Below the pieces are notes generated by a model. That model was not told the DNA's origin. It made no database searches and was given only the letters and a program-made list of their open reading frames with translations. Below are positions 48,940-59,234 of a stretch of 64,000 nucleotides of DNA, one piece after another (positions within the stretch are counted from its first letter, which is position 1; the number at the start of each line of letters is the position of its first letter). The stretch spans positions 32,001-96,000 of the forward strand of contig JAHLWR010000010.1 of assembly GCA_019057815.1 (NCBI GenBank), written 5' to 3'. This DNA comes from Candidatus Heimdallarchaeota archaeon (GTDB taxonomy: Archaea; Asgardarchaeota; Heimdallarchaeia; Heimdallarchaeales; Heimdallarchaeaceae). A program made the translations under genes and the position numbers.

Positions 48940-49045
48940 TTATTTTTTCATCATCTGTTTATTCCATTATATCAGTAGCTGGAATTAGATAGTAAGAAAG
49001 AAAAAACGAAGTTTAACATATCTTGAAATGTAGATCCACTTTTAC

Positions 49046-49607
49046 GTATGTTTGATTTTAATATTTCTCATAATGAACTAGGGTATCTAGTTCTTTTCTC
49101 GTTTTTGTTGGTTCTTCATCAGAATATCCAGTAGCAACTAATCCTAGAATATTTAGATGGTCAGGAACTCCAAGCAAATCTTTTATCTCTGGCTCAATTG
49201 ATGAATCTATAACTCCAGCCCAACATGTACCTAATCCTAGACTATGTGCTTCTATCATAAATTGTATTGTCGCCAAAGCTGAATCTGACATATGATACTT
49301 AGCATGTACCTCTGGGTTTGTTAGAGTAACGAAAACCACTGGACTTTCAGCAACAAATCTAGCATAGGGGTGAATTTCTGAAAGTTTCTTTCGAACCTGT
49401 TTGTCTGTTACAATAAGAAATTCCCAAGGTTGTTTGTTTGATGCAGAAGGAGCCCATCTAGCAGCTTCTAAACATTTCTCTATCTTTTCTTCTTCTACTT
49501 TTTGATCTTTATATTTTCGGATACTCCTACGGGTTTTTAATAGATTTAAAGCGTCATTCATTTTTTTCTCCATCTAAAAGATGAGTCTTATTTTAAAAAT
49601 GTATTTC
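49046..49607. repeat. ~560-bp direct repeat of 43531-44094 (nitroreductase plus flanks)
   Basis: Identity extends past both ends of the CDS (GTATGTTTGATTTTAATA.. and ..AAAAGATGAGTCTTATTT..AAAAATGTATTTC). Confidence 0.9.
49058..49573 (-). CDS. Nitroreductase family protein (copy 2)
   Basis: Near-identical to 43543-44046. Confidence 0.92.
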   Translation of the reverse strand: MEKKMNDALNLLKTRRSIRKYKDQKVEEEKIEKCLEAARWAPSASNKQPWEFLIVTDKQVRKKLSEIHPYARFVAESPVVFVTLTNPEVHAKYHMSDSALATIQFMIEAHSLGLGTCWAGVIDSSIEPEIKDLLGVPDHLNILGLVATGYSDEEPTKTRKELDTLVHYEKY

Positions 49608-49821
49608 ATAATTCTATGTTTTTACTTACTTTGTGAGTTGTAAATAAATAGGAAAAAAAAGTAATGAAAAACAAAGAAGCTCTTCTTTAATGACTTCTTA
49701 AATGATCCTTGATCTTCTAGCCATTATAGCACCTTCACCAATTGCACATCTCGCTACTCTCAAGTATTGATTTGGAGGATACACCAAAGAAAGATCTGAT
49801 AACTTGAATCATTTCTTCTTC

Positions 49822-50004
49822 TCATAATTCTGAAGCTGGTTTTCCTTCCTTACCCCATCGATTTTTCGGGATATCATGAATAATTATATTGACAGTTTGA
49901 GGTTTAGAACCTTGTTTCACGAAAACATCAGTTATTCCTGCAATTATTTCCTTAATTTGCTCATCTGTTCTTCCTTCCCAAAGATATACTTGTATTGTTG
50001 GCAT
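49822..50004 (-). CDS. 4-oxalocrotonate tautomerase family (paralogue)
   Basis: MPTIQV.LWEGRT.EQ; close paralogue of 37534-37716. Confidence 0.9.
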   Translation of the reverse strand: MPTIQVYLWEGRTDEQIKEIIAGITDVFVKQGSKPQTVNIIIHDIPKNRWGKEGKPASEL

Positions 50005-50056
50005 TTTTTCACCTCTGATAGTTGGTTGATTTAATTACACTAAATTATCTTTCATA

Positions 50057-50839
50057 TTAATTTTTTCTAGCTAAGATGAATAATATAGAGGCATCAGTAA
50101 CCCCGTTTTTCTTTAAATCTTGCTCTAGCTTATTTGCTTCCTTTTCTAGTTGTTCATATTCTGGGTAATCTCTTATCTTTTCCAATGAAGAACTTAAATC
50201 ATCTATCTCTATATCTATCATCACTTCATACATTGGATTGTCACACTGTTCTTTTTCCTCACAGAATAAGCATTTAGGATATCTTGTGGAATCAAATATT
50301 TCTAGTTCCTCTGTCTTCAGAATGCTCATCATTTTCTTTATTTCCTCTTTTGTGTAAGTAACTCTATGATATTCGCCTAACAAAGAATCTATTTTCGCTC
50401 CAAAGTGATGAGCTTGTGAAGAAGCTAGTTGTGCATCTGTCTGTGTAAGATCTGAATACATTTCTTGAATGATCAGATAACCTTGAGGTTTAACTACTCT
50501 GAACATCTCTTTCAGTACTTTTTCTGGTCTTTCCAGATGGTGAAGAGAACTAGCAATACTTACTATATTAAAAGTATTATCTGGAAATTCCATCTTTTCA
50601 GCATTCATTTTCTTGAATTCTGCAATTTTTTCGTACTCTTTCTCTGCTTTTTTTAACTCTTTTTCATTAAGATCAATCCCTACAAAAGAGTCAGAATTTT
50701 TCAATATCTGTTTGAGAAGACCTATGAATTCTCCATGTCCTGTCCCAACATCTAAAATTTCCTCTCCTGAAAGTTCTTTCAGTCTGTTTACTATTTTATC
50801 TGCACCAGAAGTAGCTAGAACAGTTGAGCGTACATCCAT
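50057..50839 (-). CDS. Class I SAM-dependent methyltransferase
   Basis: ILDVGTGHG, GID, AEKMEFPDNTF, LHH, VKPQG. Confidence 0.88.
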   Translation of the reverse strand: MDVRSTVLATSGADKIVNRLKELSGEEILDVGTGHGEFIGLLKQILKNSDSFVGIDLNEKELKKAEKEYEKIAEFKKMNAEKMEFPDNTFNIVSIASSLHHLERPEKVLKEMFRVVKPQGYLIIQEMYSDLTQTDAQLASSQAHHFGAKIDSLLGEYHRVTYTKEEIKKMMSILKTEELEIFDSTRYPKCLFCEEKEQCDNPMYEVMIDIEIDDLSSSLEKIRDYPEYEQLEKEANKLEQDLKKNGVTDASILFILARKN

Positions 50840-51214
50840 AGCATTTCAAGAGATTAAGCATTTAATAATGATTTGATTTTTAAGCCAATTTTAGTTTCTC
50901 TGCAAAGTGAAAATCTCTGTAGAATTCTTTATCTTAATTCTTTCTGCATAGATTCTTTCTACTTCTATTTATAAATCTGAAGTTGATAATAATCTTCTGT
51001 ATATTCCATATGATAAAAAAATCTGTATTTGGTCATTATCTTAATTAGTTCCTTTCTTATCAGCCGTTCAAAGAAAACATGATGAATCCTCAGATTGGTT
51101 AGCTTATGTAGATTATATCTAATGCCCTGATTCTTCTGTAGAGGTTCTATGGGAAATAGAAAAGACACTAATGGAAAAGAAGTAGAGATTTATGGAATTT
51201 TGGAAAAAACTCCA

Positions 51215-52090
51215 CTATTTGATCCCGTTTTCTATTTCTGCAATTATTCCTTTTAGTTCCCGTTCATCCTCTGGTTTAATAATTGGATTTTCAATATCGG
51301 ATTTTGCTTTTAAAAAATATTTTTTAGCTTCTTTTTCTTTTCCTTCTTTCTTCAGATTTTTAGCTATATTCACTAATCCCCATCTATACATCAATGCATG
51401 AGCATCAGTAAAACCAGTAAAATCTACATCAAGCTCTTTGAAACGTTTGATATAGTCTATTGTTTCATCAATGAATTTGGTGTCTTCTAATACCTTTTCA
51501 TGACCAAGAATCATTTTGTTGAATTCTATCTTCTTAAAACTCTCCAAAGTTTCAATAAATTTATCCAAATTTGGCCAGTTTATTGATGGAAGTGGATGTA
51601 CTAGAATATCACCTATGAGTAGTATCTTATCTATACTGTCATAACAGCTAGCTGAATCCTTTGTATGACCAGGAGAGTAAAAGAATTCAACTCCTTCATC
51701 AACGAAAGCTAATCTCTCCTTAAAAGTTAAATTTGGAAAAACTATTTTTTCTATAACTGACTTATATGCATCATATTGCTTAAGAAGATCAACAGTATCT
51801 TGGAATACTTCAAAACTAAAATGATGAGCAATAATGAATTTTGACTCTATTATCTCATTACCACCCATATGATCATAATGACCATGAGTATTGAAGATAA
51901 TCACTGGTTTTGTTAGAAGGTTGTTCTCTTCTAGATATTTCTTCACATCTTCCATTTGATTTTCCAATACAACTCCTGTATCTATTATGAAAAGATAGTT
52001 TGGACTATTTATACAATAAACTTGAACAGAGAAAGGTTTGCTAGGAAGATTAAACAATATTCCTCTAGAACCTATTTTATTAGTTTCCAT
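51215..52090 (-). CDS. MBL-fold metallo-hydrolase with C-terminal TPR-like helices
   Basis: IDTG, THGHYDHMGG, PGHT, GD, GH. Confidence 0.9.
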   Translation of the reverse strand: METNKIGSRGILFNLPSKPFSVQVYCINSPNYLFIIDTGVVLENQMEDVKKYLEENNLLTKPVIIFNTHGHYDHMGGNEIIESKFIIAHHFSFEVFQDTVDLLKQYDAYKSVIEKIVFPNLTFKERLAFVDEGVEFFYSPGHTKDSASCYDSIDKILLIGDILVHPLPSINWPNLDKFIETLESFKKIEFNKMILGHEKVLEDTKFIDETIDYIKRFKELDVDFTGFTDAHALMYRWGLVNIAKNLKKEGKEKEAKKYFLKAKSDIENPIIKPEDERELKGIIAEIENGIK

Positions 52091-52370
52091 AACCTAACAG
52101 CTTATTACACACTTATATTATTTACATAAAAATGTCCATGTTTACCTTTCCCCACAAGTGACACATTTGTAAGGAACTGCTAACTGCTTCTCTACAGGAT
52201 CTAAATTGATGGACAAGATTCTTTAAACTTTGTATGAGTTTTACATTCATAGGTTTGTTGACGGCACTTTGACCCTAAAATTTTGCGATAATTCGGAAAT
52301 ACTATTAGTAACAGAAAAAAGATATAAGTTTCTCTACTCGACCAATCTTACTCATATTTTGAGTTGAGAA

Positions 52371-53363
52371 ATGATGGATGAACAAGCTTTCAGAGAGTTT
52401 TGTTTTAAAAATAATATAAAGAAAGAAATCATTGAAGCAAATTTAATTTTCCTTAGGGAATTTGAGCACTACATCGAAAAAGAATTAGAAAAAAGTGATC
52501 TTAAAAAAGTAAGTGTTGACGATTTATCAAGTTTCATTGAATACATGATAAACTCTAGCAAAAACATTTGGGATAACTTTCTCGCTTTAATTCGCTATTC
52601 TTTTCTTACTAAGAGAGAAGATTTGAAAGTCTTACTTTATGAAATAATTGATGGTTCAGACGTTATGAAGAATTTAGTTGAAGAGCTGAAGGGAGAAGTC
52701 GATGAAGAAACCTTAACAACTATAATTGAAGGAATAGTTTTTCCTCCTTTAGGTTCAAGCTCGAATATCAAAACCAAAGTCACCAAGGAAATAGTTGATG
52801 GGTTGGAAGATAATCTAGAAGAAAAACAATGCAAAAAAATCTTATCTAGTGGTTTACATAGATTAAGTCCAGATACTTTACGGGGGTTAAGAGTAAAATT
52901 TCTAGCTGCTGATAATCTTGATGATTTTCTTACTAAAAAGCGCCAACAGCTCTTAGAGAATTTGGAGAACCTCTTCAAAGAAGGAACCAAGTTCTTCACT
53001 CAAGATGTTGATGAGCATGTAATTGAATATGTTAAAAATGAACCCACTATTGAAAGTGGTGTTAGACATGGTGACAAAGTTATCATTACTAAAATCCCTT
53101 ACATGACAATTAATTACTTAAATGAACAAGATGAACAATTGAAAAGATACTATTATTGTCATTGTCCTTGGGTGAGGGAAGCTCTTAAAACCGGAGATAT
53201 AGAAATCTCACCTATGTTCTGTTATTGCAGTGCAGGATATTACAAACAGCAATGGGACGCGATACTAGATCAATCAGTTAATGTTGAAGTTTTGGAGACC
53301 ATTCTCAATGGAGATAATAAATGTAAATTTGCTGTTCATCTACCAAAGAAATTTGTTCCATGA
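52371..53363 (+). CDS. DUF6144/V4R-like Cys-rich protein
   Basis: CHCPW, FCYCSAGY, VEVLETIL.GD..CKF. Confidence 0.6.
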   Translation: MMDEQAFREFCFKNNIKKEIIEANLIFLREFEHYIEKELEKSDLKKVSVDDLSSFIEYMINSSKNIWDNFLALIRYSFLTKREDLKVLLYEIIDGSDVMKNLVEELKGEVDEETLTTIIEGIVFPPLGSSSNIKTKVTKEIVDGLEDNLEEKQCKKILSSGLHRLSPDTLRGLRVKFLAADNLDDFLTKKRQQLLENLENLFKEGTKFFTQDVDEHVIEYVKNEPTIESGVRHGDKVIITKIPYMTINYLNEQDEQLKRYYYCHCPWVREALKTGDIEISPMFCYCSAGYYKQQWDAILDQSVNVEVLETILNGDNKCKFAVHLPKKFVP

Positions 53364-53413
53364 GAAAATTTGTTTGTTCGGTACAGGTTCAAAGAAATGC
53401 TTGCAAATTAAAT

Positions 53414-53740
53414 ATGGATACTTACGATATACTTGATGACCAATTCCTAGATGCTGGGAGATCATGGATTAAACTTTGAGAAGGCAAAATTCAACCTGAT
53501 AAAATTGGTGTAGGTCAATATACAGGAGAGCCATGTACACACTATAAGCTCATTCAAGATTTTGCTAGCTTAAATAAAATCGAAGTTCTCGCTTGGGAAT
53601 CTTGGGGTATTTGTTCTGTTAACAAAAAACTCACAAAGGAAGAATATGAATTATCAGATCAACTCGCTAGAAATATAGCTAATTCTAGAGATTCAGAGAT
53701 ATTCTTTGAACCAAAAGATGATAGCATTACTTATGGCTAG
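53414..53740 (+). pseudogene. 3' remnant of a transglutaminase-like protein
   Basis: QFLDAGRSWIKL*EGKIQPDKIG..LIQDFASLNKIEVLAWESWG; internal TGA, no 5' half. Confidence 0.5.
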
Positions 53741-53771
53741 TTACAGTGCATTTGCAAAGATAAGAATGGAA

Positions 53772-54836
53772 TTAAACACTTTGAAAAATCTCTAACACTT
53801 TCTTAAATACAACAACCGCATTTTCAGGTGATGTGACATCTTTAATACTCATGACAAAAGTCCTCATTAGAAAAATTTCTGTGTTCATAAGCTTGAATTC
53901 ATAGCCGTAAGAACCATATTTTTTTCCTACAAACTTTTCATCTAAAAAAGATTGGACTTTTTCGAAATTGATATCTGGTTTATTTTCTGGCTTTACAATA
54001 AATCTCTCTCTTTCGCAGAGTGTCACCACTATTAGTTTCCCACAATGTTCTGAATAATATTCGTCACTGATTTCTTCCTCTACATCTTTTGCCTTTTCTG
54101 AACAAACTGTACAATCATTTCTCTGTTCAACGTTTATAATCTCTGTCTGATAGTCATTAAGATCCAAAAAAAGCAGTTTACCTTCCAAAAGAGGTTTTTC
54201 TCCAGTCAAAATTCTAATTGCTTCATTTACTTGAATACTAGCAACTTGGGCAAGTATTGAAGAACTTACACCAGCAGTTTCACAGGTAGGTAGACCTTCA
54301 TCGACTATTTGATCGAAAAAGCAATTAAAACACGGTGTGTTTTCTCTGAATGTTATAGTCATGACGTTTCCAGTTGTTCCTAAAGCTCCTCCAAAAACCC
54401 AGGGAATATTAAGTTGATAAGCTGTTTTATTGAGAATCTTCCTCGCTTGAAAGTTATCTAATCCATCAACTATTATTCTGCTTCCTTGTAAAATTCTTTC
54501 TGAATTAGAAGAATCAAAAAACTCTGTAAATGTTTCAATCTTAACAAATGGATTTCTTTCCTTTAAGAATTTCTTTGCTACCTCTACTTTTGCATCACCC
54601 ACATCTTTGATGAAGAAGAGCTTTTGCCTTGGAAGATTGTGATATTCAATTATATCTCTATCAACTAATCTAAGTTTTCCTATTCCTAAAGATAACAATT
54701 GCTCTGTTGATACAGTTCCTAATCCTCCCACACCGATAATTGTTACTAACTCTTCTTGAAGTGATTTTAATTTTTCATGTGTTATAAAAGGTAATGGTAA
54801 AACTCTAGAATAATAGGATGCTAAATCATCAGTCAT
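53772..54836 (-). CDS. moeB: HesA/MoeB/ThiF family adenylyltransferase
   Basis: GVGGLG, DRD.IE..NL.RQ, DGLDN, TPCFNC, LPTCETAGV, CTVC. Confidence 0.85.
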   Translation of the reverse strand: MTDDLASYYSRVLPLPFITHEKLKSLQEELVTIIGVGGLGTVSTEQLLSLGIGKLRLVDRDIIEYHNLPRQKLFFIKDVGDAKVEVAKKFLKERNPFVKIETFTEFFDSSNSERILQGSRIIVDGLDNFQARKILNKTAYQLNIPWVFGGALGTTGNVMTITFRENTPCFNCFFDQIVDEGLPTCETAGVSSSILAQVASIQVNEAIRILTGEKPLLEGKLLFLDLNDYQTEIINVEQRNDCTVCSEKAKDVEEEISDEYYSEHCGKLIVVTLCERERFIVKPENKPDINFEKVQSFLDEKFVGKKYGSYGYEFKLMNTEIFLMRTFVMSIKDVTSPENAVVVFKKVLEIFQSV

Positions 54837-54920
54837 TATACTAACATGAAGTCTTTCTCTTTTTATTGTTTCTTATTAAATGTATTCTTGCATAGATATT
54901 GTTAAAGATAGATTGTTACA

Positions 54921-55021
54921 CACGTTATGAAACTTGGTTAAACTTGCCAGAGGTTTTCTAATCGTCGTTTGAAGGGAGTTTCAACCTTGACCCCTCTCGT
55001 GCGTTGAGGGGTAGTCATGAA
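54921..55021 (+). repeat. 101-nt structured intergenic repeat, copy A (MITE/IS-end or ncRNA candidate)
   Basis: Ungapped match to 61594-61694; two hairpins. Confidence 0.8.
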
Positions 55022-55092
55022 GACTTTTCCGTTATAGTTAGTACGTCATCATCATAGTAGAAATTATCAAACAAAAAAAGATAGAAGATGTT

Positions 55093-55503
55093 CTAGTTTA
55101 GTTGATTACCACAATTTATACAAAATCTCATCTCTACATTAACCTTCATACCACAGTAATCACAAAACTGAGCTGTACTAACTACGCTTTGAACAGGTCT
55201 CTGTTCTTGAACAACTTCCTTCTCTAGGTTTTTCCAGAAGGGATTCTCTGTGGGTCTGTAGGTTTTATTTTTTCTGTTCTGATAGTGTTGAGCTCTTCTG
55301 TACCTTGCTCTCCTTCTTGCTGAAGAAACAATAGCTGCAACTAATAGAAACACCAATATTGTACCTATAGTTGAAAAAGGCCAATAGATAAATCTAAGGT
55401 ATCCAGTAAAGAACCCTAAGAATACCACTATTCCAAATATTAACAGTAAAAAAGCTGCCAATCCACCAAAACGATTTCTGTGTCTATAATTATTTCTGTG
55501 CAT
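55093..55503 (-). CDS. 2-TM membrane protein with zinc ribbon
   Basis: Two TM helices, FCDYCG..FCINCG. ATG 55503 is the likely start. Confidence 0.7.
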   Translation of the reverse strand: MHRNNYRHRNRFGGLAAFLLLIFGIVVFLGFFTGYLRFIYWPFSTIGTILVFLLVAAIVSSARRRARYRRAQHYQNRKNKTYRPTENPFWKNLEKEVVQEQRPVQSVVSTAQFCDYCGMKVNVEMRFCINCGNQLN

Positions 55504-55727
55504 CTCTAAGTAAACTTGTACATAGAAGTTTATAAACCAAATCAAATGATTATGCAAGATCCTTCAGAGACAGGTGTTTTTTATGACTTCTTCTCTACTG
55601 AAACAAAGGGAATTCTGATATGTTTGGTTAAATCTTTCCTGGATCTATTAGATGACTTAACTTCAACAGATTTTTTACAAACGCTTTTAATATAAGATTC
55701 TCAAACCAAGTTTGAAGGTTAAAAAAG

Positions 55728-56765
55728 ATGGATTATCAAATCATTGAATTTGAACCTAAAGAAGCTCCTGAAGATTTCTGGGATGGTTATTTCCAATTTA
55801 CTGAAGCTAATTTCAAATATCACAATCCTAATGATCCTCTTCCTAGTAGAGAAGCTACCATTCAACGTCAAAAAGCTGACATACCCGATTTTCACGTGAA
55901 GCGTTGGCTTGTTATTACTCCTGAAGGTAAAATCATTGCTTGGGCGGGTTTTGGAGCAGTAAAAGAATCTTCTTCAGACTATGAGGAAAACAAACATTTA
56001 GCTTCTATAAATATCATTGTTTTACACGATTATCAACGTAAAGGAATAGGTACAGAATTACTCAAAGTTCTATTTAAGGAAACACAATCCCTTGGTAGAA
56101 CAGTTATAGAAACTGGTTCTAATAATGATTTTGGCAAAGCTTTCTTGAAGCATTTTGGAGCTCAATTAACTATTGAAGGATCAGAGAATCGTTTGAATCT
56201 CGAAGAAGTCGATTGGGAATTGATGCAATCTTGGGTTGATGAAGGTCCAAAAAGAGCTAAAGATGTAACCCTAGAGTCTTTTTCTGTTTGTCCTGAAGAG
56301 TTCTTAGAAGAATATGCTGAGATGTATACTGAAGCTTTGAATATGCAACCTCTTGGAGAAAGTGAACATAGAGCTAATATTGATGGTAAAGCTCGTCGTC
56401 AAACAGAAAAAAGAACTAAAGAAATAGGACAAATCAATTACACTCTCATCTCTAGAGAGAAAAATGGAAGAATTTCTGGAATGACAGAGATTTATTACGA
56501 CCCCAGAGATGCACATGTTATACACCAAGAACTCACAGGCGTTCGTCCTGAATTCAGGGGGAAAGGGCTAGGGAAGTGGTTAAAGGCAAAAATGATCCTT
56601 TATATAAGAGAGACTTATCCTGAAGCGCAACGAGTATTAACTGGCAATGCGGAAACAAATGCACCAATGCTTTCAATTAACGAACGAATGGGTTTCAAAA
56701 AACACAAAGGTGGAGAAGGTTACAAGTTTCAAGTGGAAGAATTGGCTAAGAAATTGGAAATCTAA
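55728..56765 (+). CDS. Tandem GNAT acetyltransferase
   Basis: YQRKGIG and TGVRPEFRGKGLG..NA..N.PML.IN..MGF. Confidence 0.9.
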   Translation: MDYQIIEFEPKEAPEDFWDGYFQFTEANFKYHNPNDPLPSREATIQRQKADIPDFHVKRWLVITPEGKIIAWAGFGAVKESSSDYEENKHLASINIIVLHDYQRKGIGTELLKVLFKETQSLGRTVIETGSNNDFGKAFLKHFGAQLTIEGSENRLNLEEVDWELMQSWVDEGPKRAKDVTLESFSVCPEEFLEEYAEMYTEALNMQPLGESEHRANIDGKARRQTEKRTKEIGQINYTLISREKNGRISGMTEIYYDPRDAHVIHQELTGVRPEFRGKGLGKWLKAKMILYIRETYPEAQRVLTGNAETNAPMLSINERMGFKKHKGGEGYKFQVEELAKKLEI

Positions 56766-56894
56766 TACTTTTTGATTTTCACTGCATGCGATTGAATTTT
56801 CGCTATATCAATCAAAAAAGTATACGACGAGATTAATTGACCTATTGAGATCTGTTAAAATACAACATTTGGAGTGAATAAAAGAGTTGCTCCT

Positions 56895-57440
56895 TCAGAA
56901 GAGATGAGAAAAATCCTTTTCTCCTGCTTTTATTTCTATATTTAACCAGTTTTCTGGTGGAATAAAAGGACAGACATAATTTTCACTATATGCACAAAAA
57001 GGATTATATGCTTGATTAAAATCTACAATCCACTTCCCTTCCATTTCATTTATTCCGCTTAAATCTATGTATCTTCCCGCTCCATATGTTTCTTTCCCAT
57101 TCGTTTGATCTTTGAATGGAAGCCACAAGCTTTCCTCACTTTTTTCTCTTTTATATGCTTGTAATGTCACCATGTCACCATTTATTTCAAATTGAAATGC
57201 TCCCCATCTGAGATATTTTTGATCTTGTCCTTTATTGTCACCTATAGTTATTATTTCCTTTTTCTCATGTTCTTGCAATTCAGCGGTAAATATCATTGAA
57301 GAATCAATCGGATAATAATTTAGACCTTTGAACCTATCCCTTTTATCGAATGGAATGGGGGAGTGTGGATGGTGCTTGAAAAAACTATCTTTTTCTTTTC
57401 TTTGCTGTGCTAAATTTTTTTCATAACCTTTTTTGTCCAT
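56895..57440 (-). CDS. DUF1684 family protein
   Basis: PFKD.TNG.ETYGAGRY, DFN.AYNPFCAY..CP..PPEN. Confidence 0.9.
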   Translation of the reverse strand: MDKKGYEKNLAQQRKEKDSFFKHHPHSPIPFDKRDRFKGLNYYPIDSSMIFTAELQEHEKKEIITIGDNKGQDQKYLRWGAFQFEINGDMVTLQAYKREKSEESLWLPFKDQTNGKETYGAGRYIDLSGINEMEGKWIVDFNQAYNPFCAYSENYVCPFIPPENWLNIEIKAGEKDFSHLF

Positions 57441-57657
57441 TTAAATAACCTTGGTACCAATTAACCATTTAGTCTCATTTTTATCATGTTCTTAAAACCT
57501 TTCATTGACTGAAAGTAGACAGGAATGTTTTCAAAGATGTTTAAAATAGATTTAGACAAATTCTCTTCCTACAAAGTTTCAAATTTCAGAGTATACTAAT
57601 GTTTTATCGACAATATTATCTTTGTAATTCTATTTTCAATTAATTGTAATACACTTT

Positions 57658-58428
57658 TCACAGTTTGTTTTTCAACAATTCATTTATTCTCCCGTTAGGA
57701 AGCATATAATCTGAATGATACTCTCCTTTTTCTTCCATTTGATAACGTTTACAGCTTTCCCAATCTCCTTTGCAATACTTCGCTATCCACTTTTCTTCTA
57801 GTAATCCTTTCTCGTAGAATCTTTTTAATGGGCATGTAAGAAACCATTTACAATCTGTTATTACTACTTGTAATTTCTTATAATCTTTGATCATTTTTTC
57901 TCTTAACGAATCATTGTGAAGAATAGAAGCTGGATGTCCTAGAGGGAGAATCTTTTTGTTTGCTACTATAAATAATTTTCCAAAAATTTCTGAGATTCCT
58001 TTTCTAGATTGTGGAAATGGTATTGAGTATTCCTTAAAAATATATTTTGTTGAATAATAACCTAGAGTAGAAATTATACTTGGATTAATAATTCTTATCT
58101 CTTCGTCTAAATAGCTACTACAGGCTTCAATCTCTTCTTGCTTAGGTTTTCTATTTCTTGGTAACATGCATTTAACGAGATTTGTCATATAGATTTCTTC
58201 TCTTGTGATTTTAGTATGTTTTAGTAGTTCTTCTAACACTTCTCCTGAAGGACCAATAAACATTGTTCCTTCTTTATCTTCCTTTTCACCTGGAGCTTGA
58301 GCAATGAGCATTAATTTGGAATTATTATCTCCCATCCCACACACCACTTTTGTTCTACTTTTCCAGAGACTACATTTTTTGCAATTCATTATTTCTTTGT
58401 TTAATTCTTGTATTTCCTTTATCATCAA
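57658..58428 (-). CDS. Uracil-DNA glycosylase family 4 with C-terminal Cys-rich extension
   Basis: CKKC.L..R..V.G.G, QAPG..ED..G..F.GPSG, TN.VKC..P.NR.P, HPA. Extra CKW..CP..C..C tail. Confidence 0.88.
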   Translation of the reverse strand: MMIKEIQELNKEIMNCKKCSLWKSRTKVVCGMGDNNSKLMLIAQAPGEKEDKEGTMFIGPSGEVLEELLKHTKITREEIYMTNLVKCMLPRNRKPKQEEIEACSSYLDEEIRIINPSIISTLGYYSTKYIFKEYSIPFPQSRKGISEIFGKLFIVANKKILPLGHPASILHNDSLREKMIKDYKKLQVVITDCKWFLTCPLKRFYEKGLLEEKWIAKYCKGDWESCKRYQMEEKGEYHSDYMLPNGRINELLKNKL

Positions 58429-58614
58429 ACTACAATCTCTTTTTCTATCTCGTTAGATATTCTTCTATTACCAACTAGAACTAGTCTCTCTCAAAAATAT
58501 TTCCCACATAGTTTATTCAAAAGCACTTACCCTTCCTAAAGCAATTTGACTTCTGCTATCTTCAGTTAATTTTTAGGATATCTTTTTAATTTCTTACTAT
58601 TTCTAGACACACCC

Positions 58615-59109
58615 ATGAAATCTCTGGATACTTCCATTATTGAAGCTCTTGATCATCCTTCTACATTGAAGCTCTTTCTTTTTGCTAGATCAATGTATCC
58701 TGAAGATTTTGGTGTCCGTGAAGCAAAACGTAAACTAGAATTTAATAGCCCTAGCACAGTTTTATGGCATTTAGATAAATTGACAGAAGCTAATTTGATT
58801 GAGAAGCTCCCTACCAACCGATATAAACTTGTTAAAACGGGTTTAGATATTAAAGAAATTAACGTTCCTATCAAATTTTCAGCTCAAATAATCAAGGGAG
58901 AACTCATTCCAAGAAGGATATTCCTGATCTCGCTTCTCTTAACTGCATTTATTGTTACATTTGTTTTTATTTTTATAAATCCACTAGTTGCTTCAATTAA
59001 TGGAGCAGTTTTTTTAGGTTTAAGCTGTATTTTATATGTTCTAAACTTCTTATCTATTAAAAAGCAACTTTCTTTTTATAGCTGGGAAAAGGATGAAAAT
59101 CAGAAATGA
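58615..59109 (+). CDS. wHTH regulator with two C-terminal TM helices
   Basis: GVRE..RKL.F.SPST..WHL.KL...LI; two hydrophobic helices. Confidence 0.75.
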   Translation: MKSLDTSIIEALDHPSTLKLFLFARSMYPEDFGVREAKRKLEFNSPSTVLWHLDKLTEANLIEKLPTNRYKLVKTGLDIKEINVPIKFSAQIIKGELIPRRIFLISLLLTAFIVTFVFIFINPLVASINGAVFLGLSCILYVLNFLSIKKQLSFYSWEKDENQK

Positions 59110-59234
59110 TTGGAGAACTTTTTTTCCCTGTTCTAGTACTCAAACACATCCTCTAAGAGTGCTATCAAATGCTGTTAGAGTTGTTCGAGTTCTAGATTTA
59201 TAATAGGCTTATTCTATAATTATATTGGTAAATT

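Noticed and set aside
54921-55021. Integron attC site or tRNA
   Set aside because: No RYYYAAC..GTTRRRY-bounded single hairpin, no co-oriented cassette array or integrase, and no cloverleaf.
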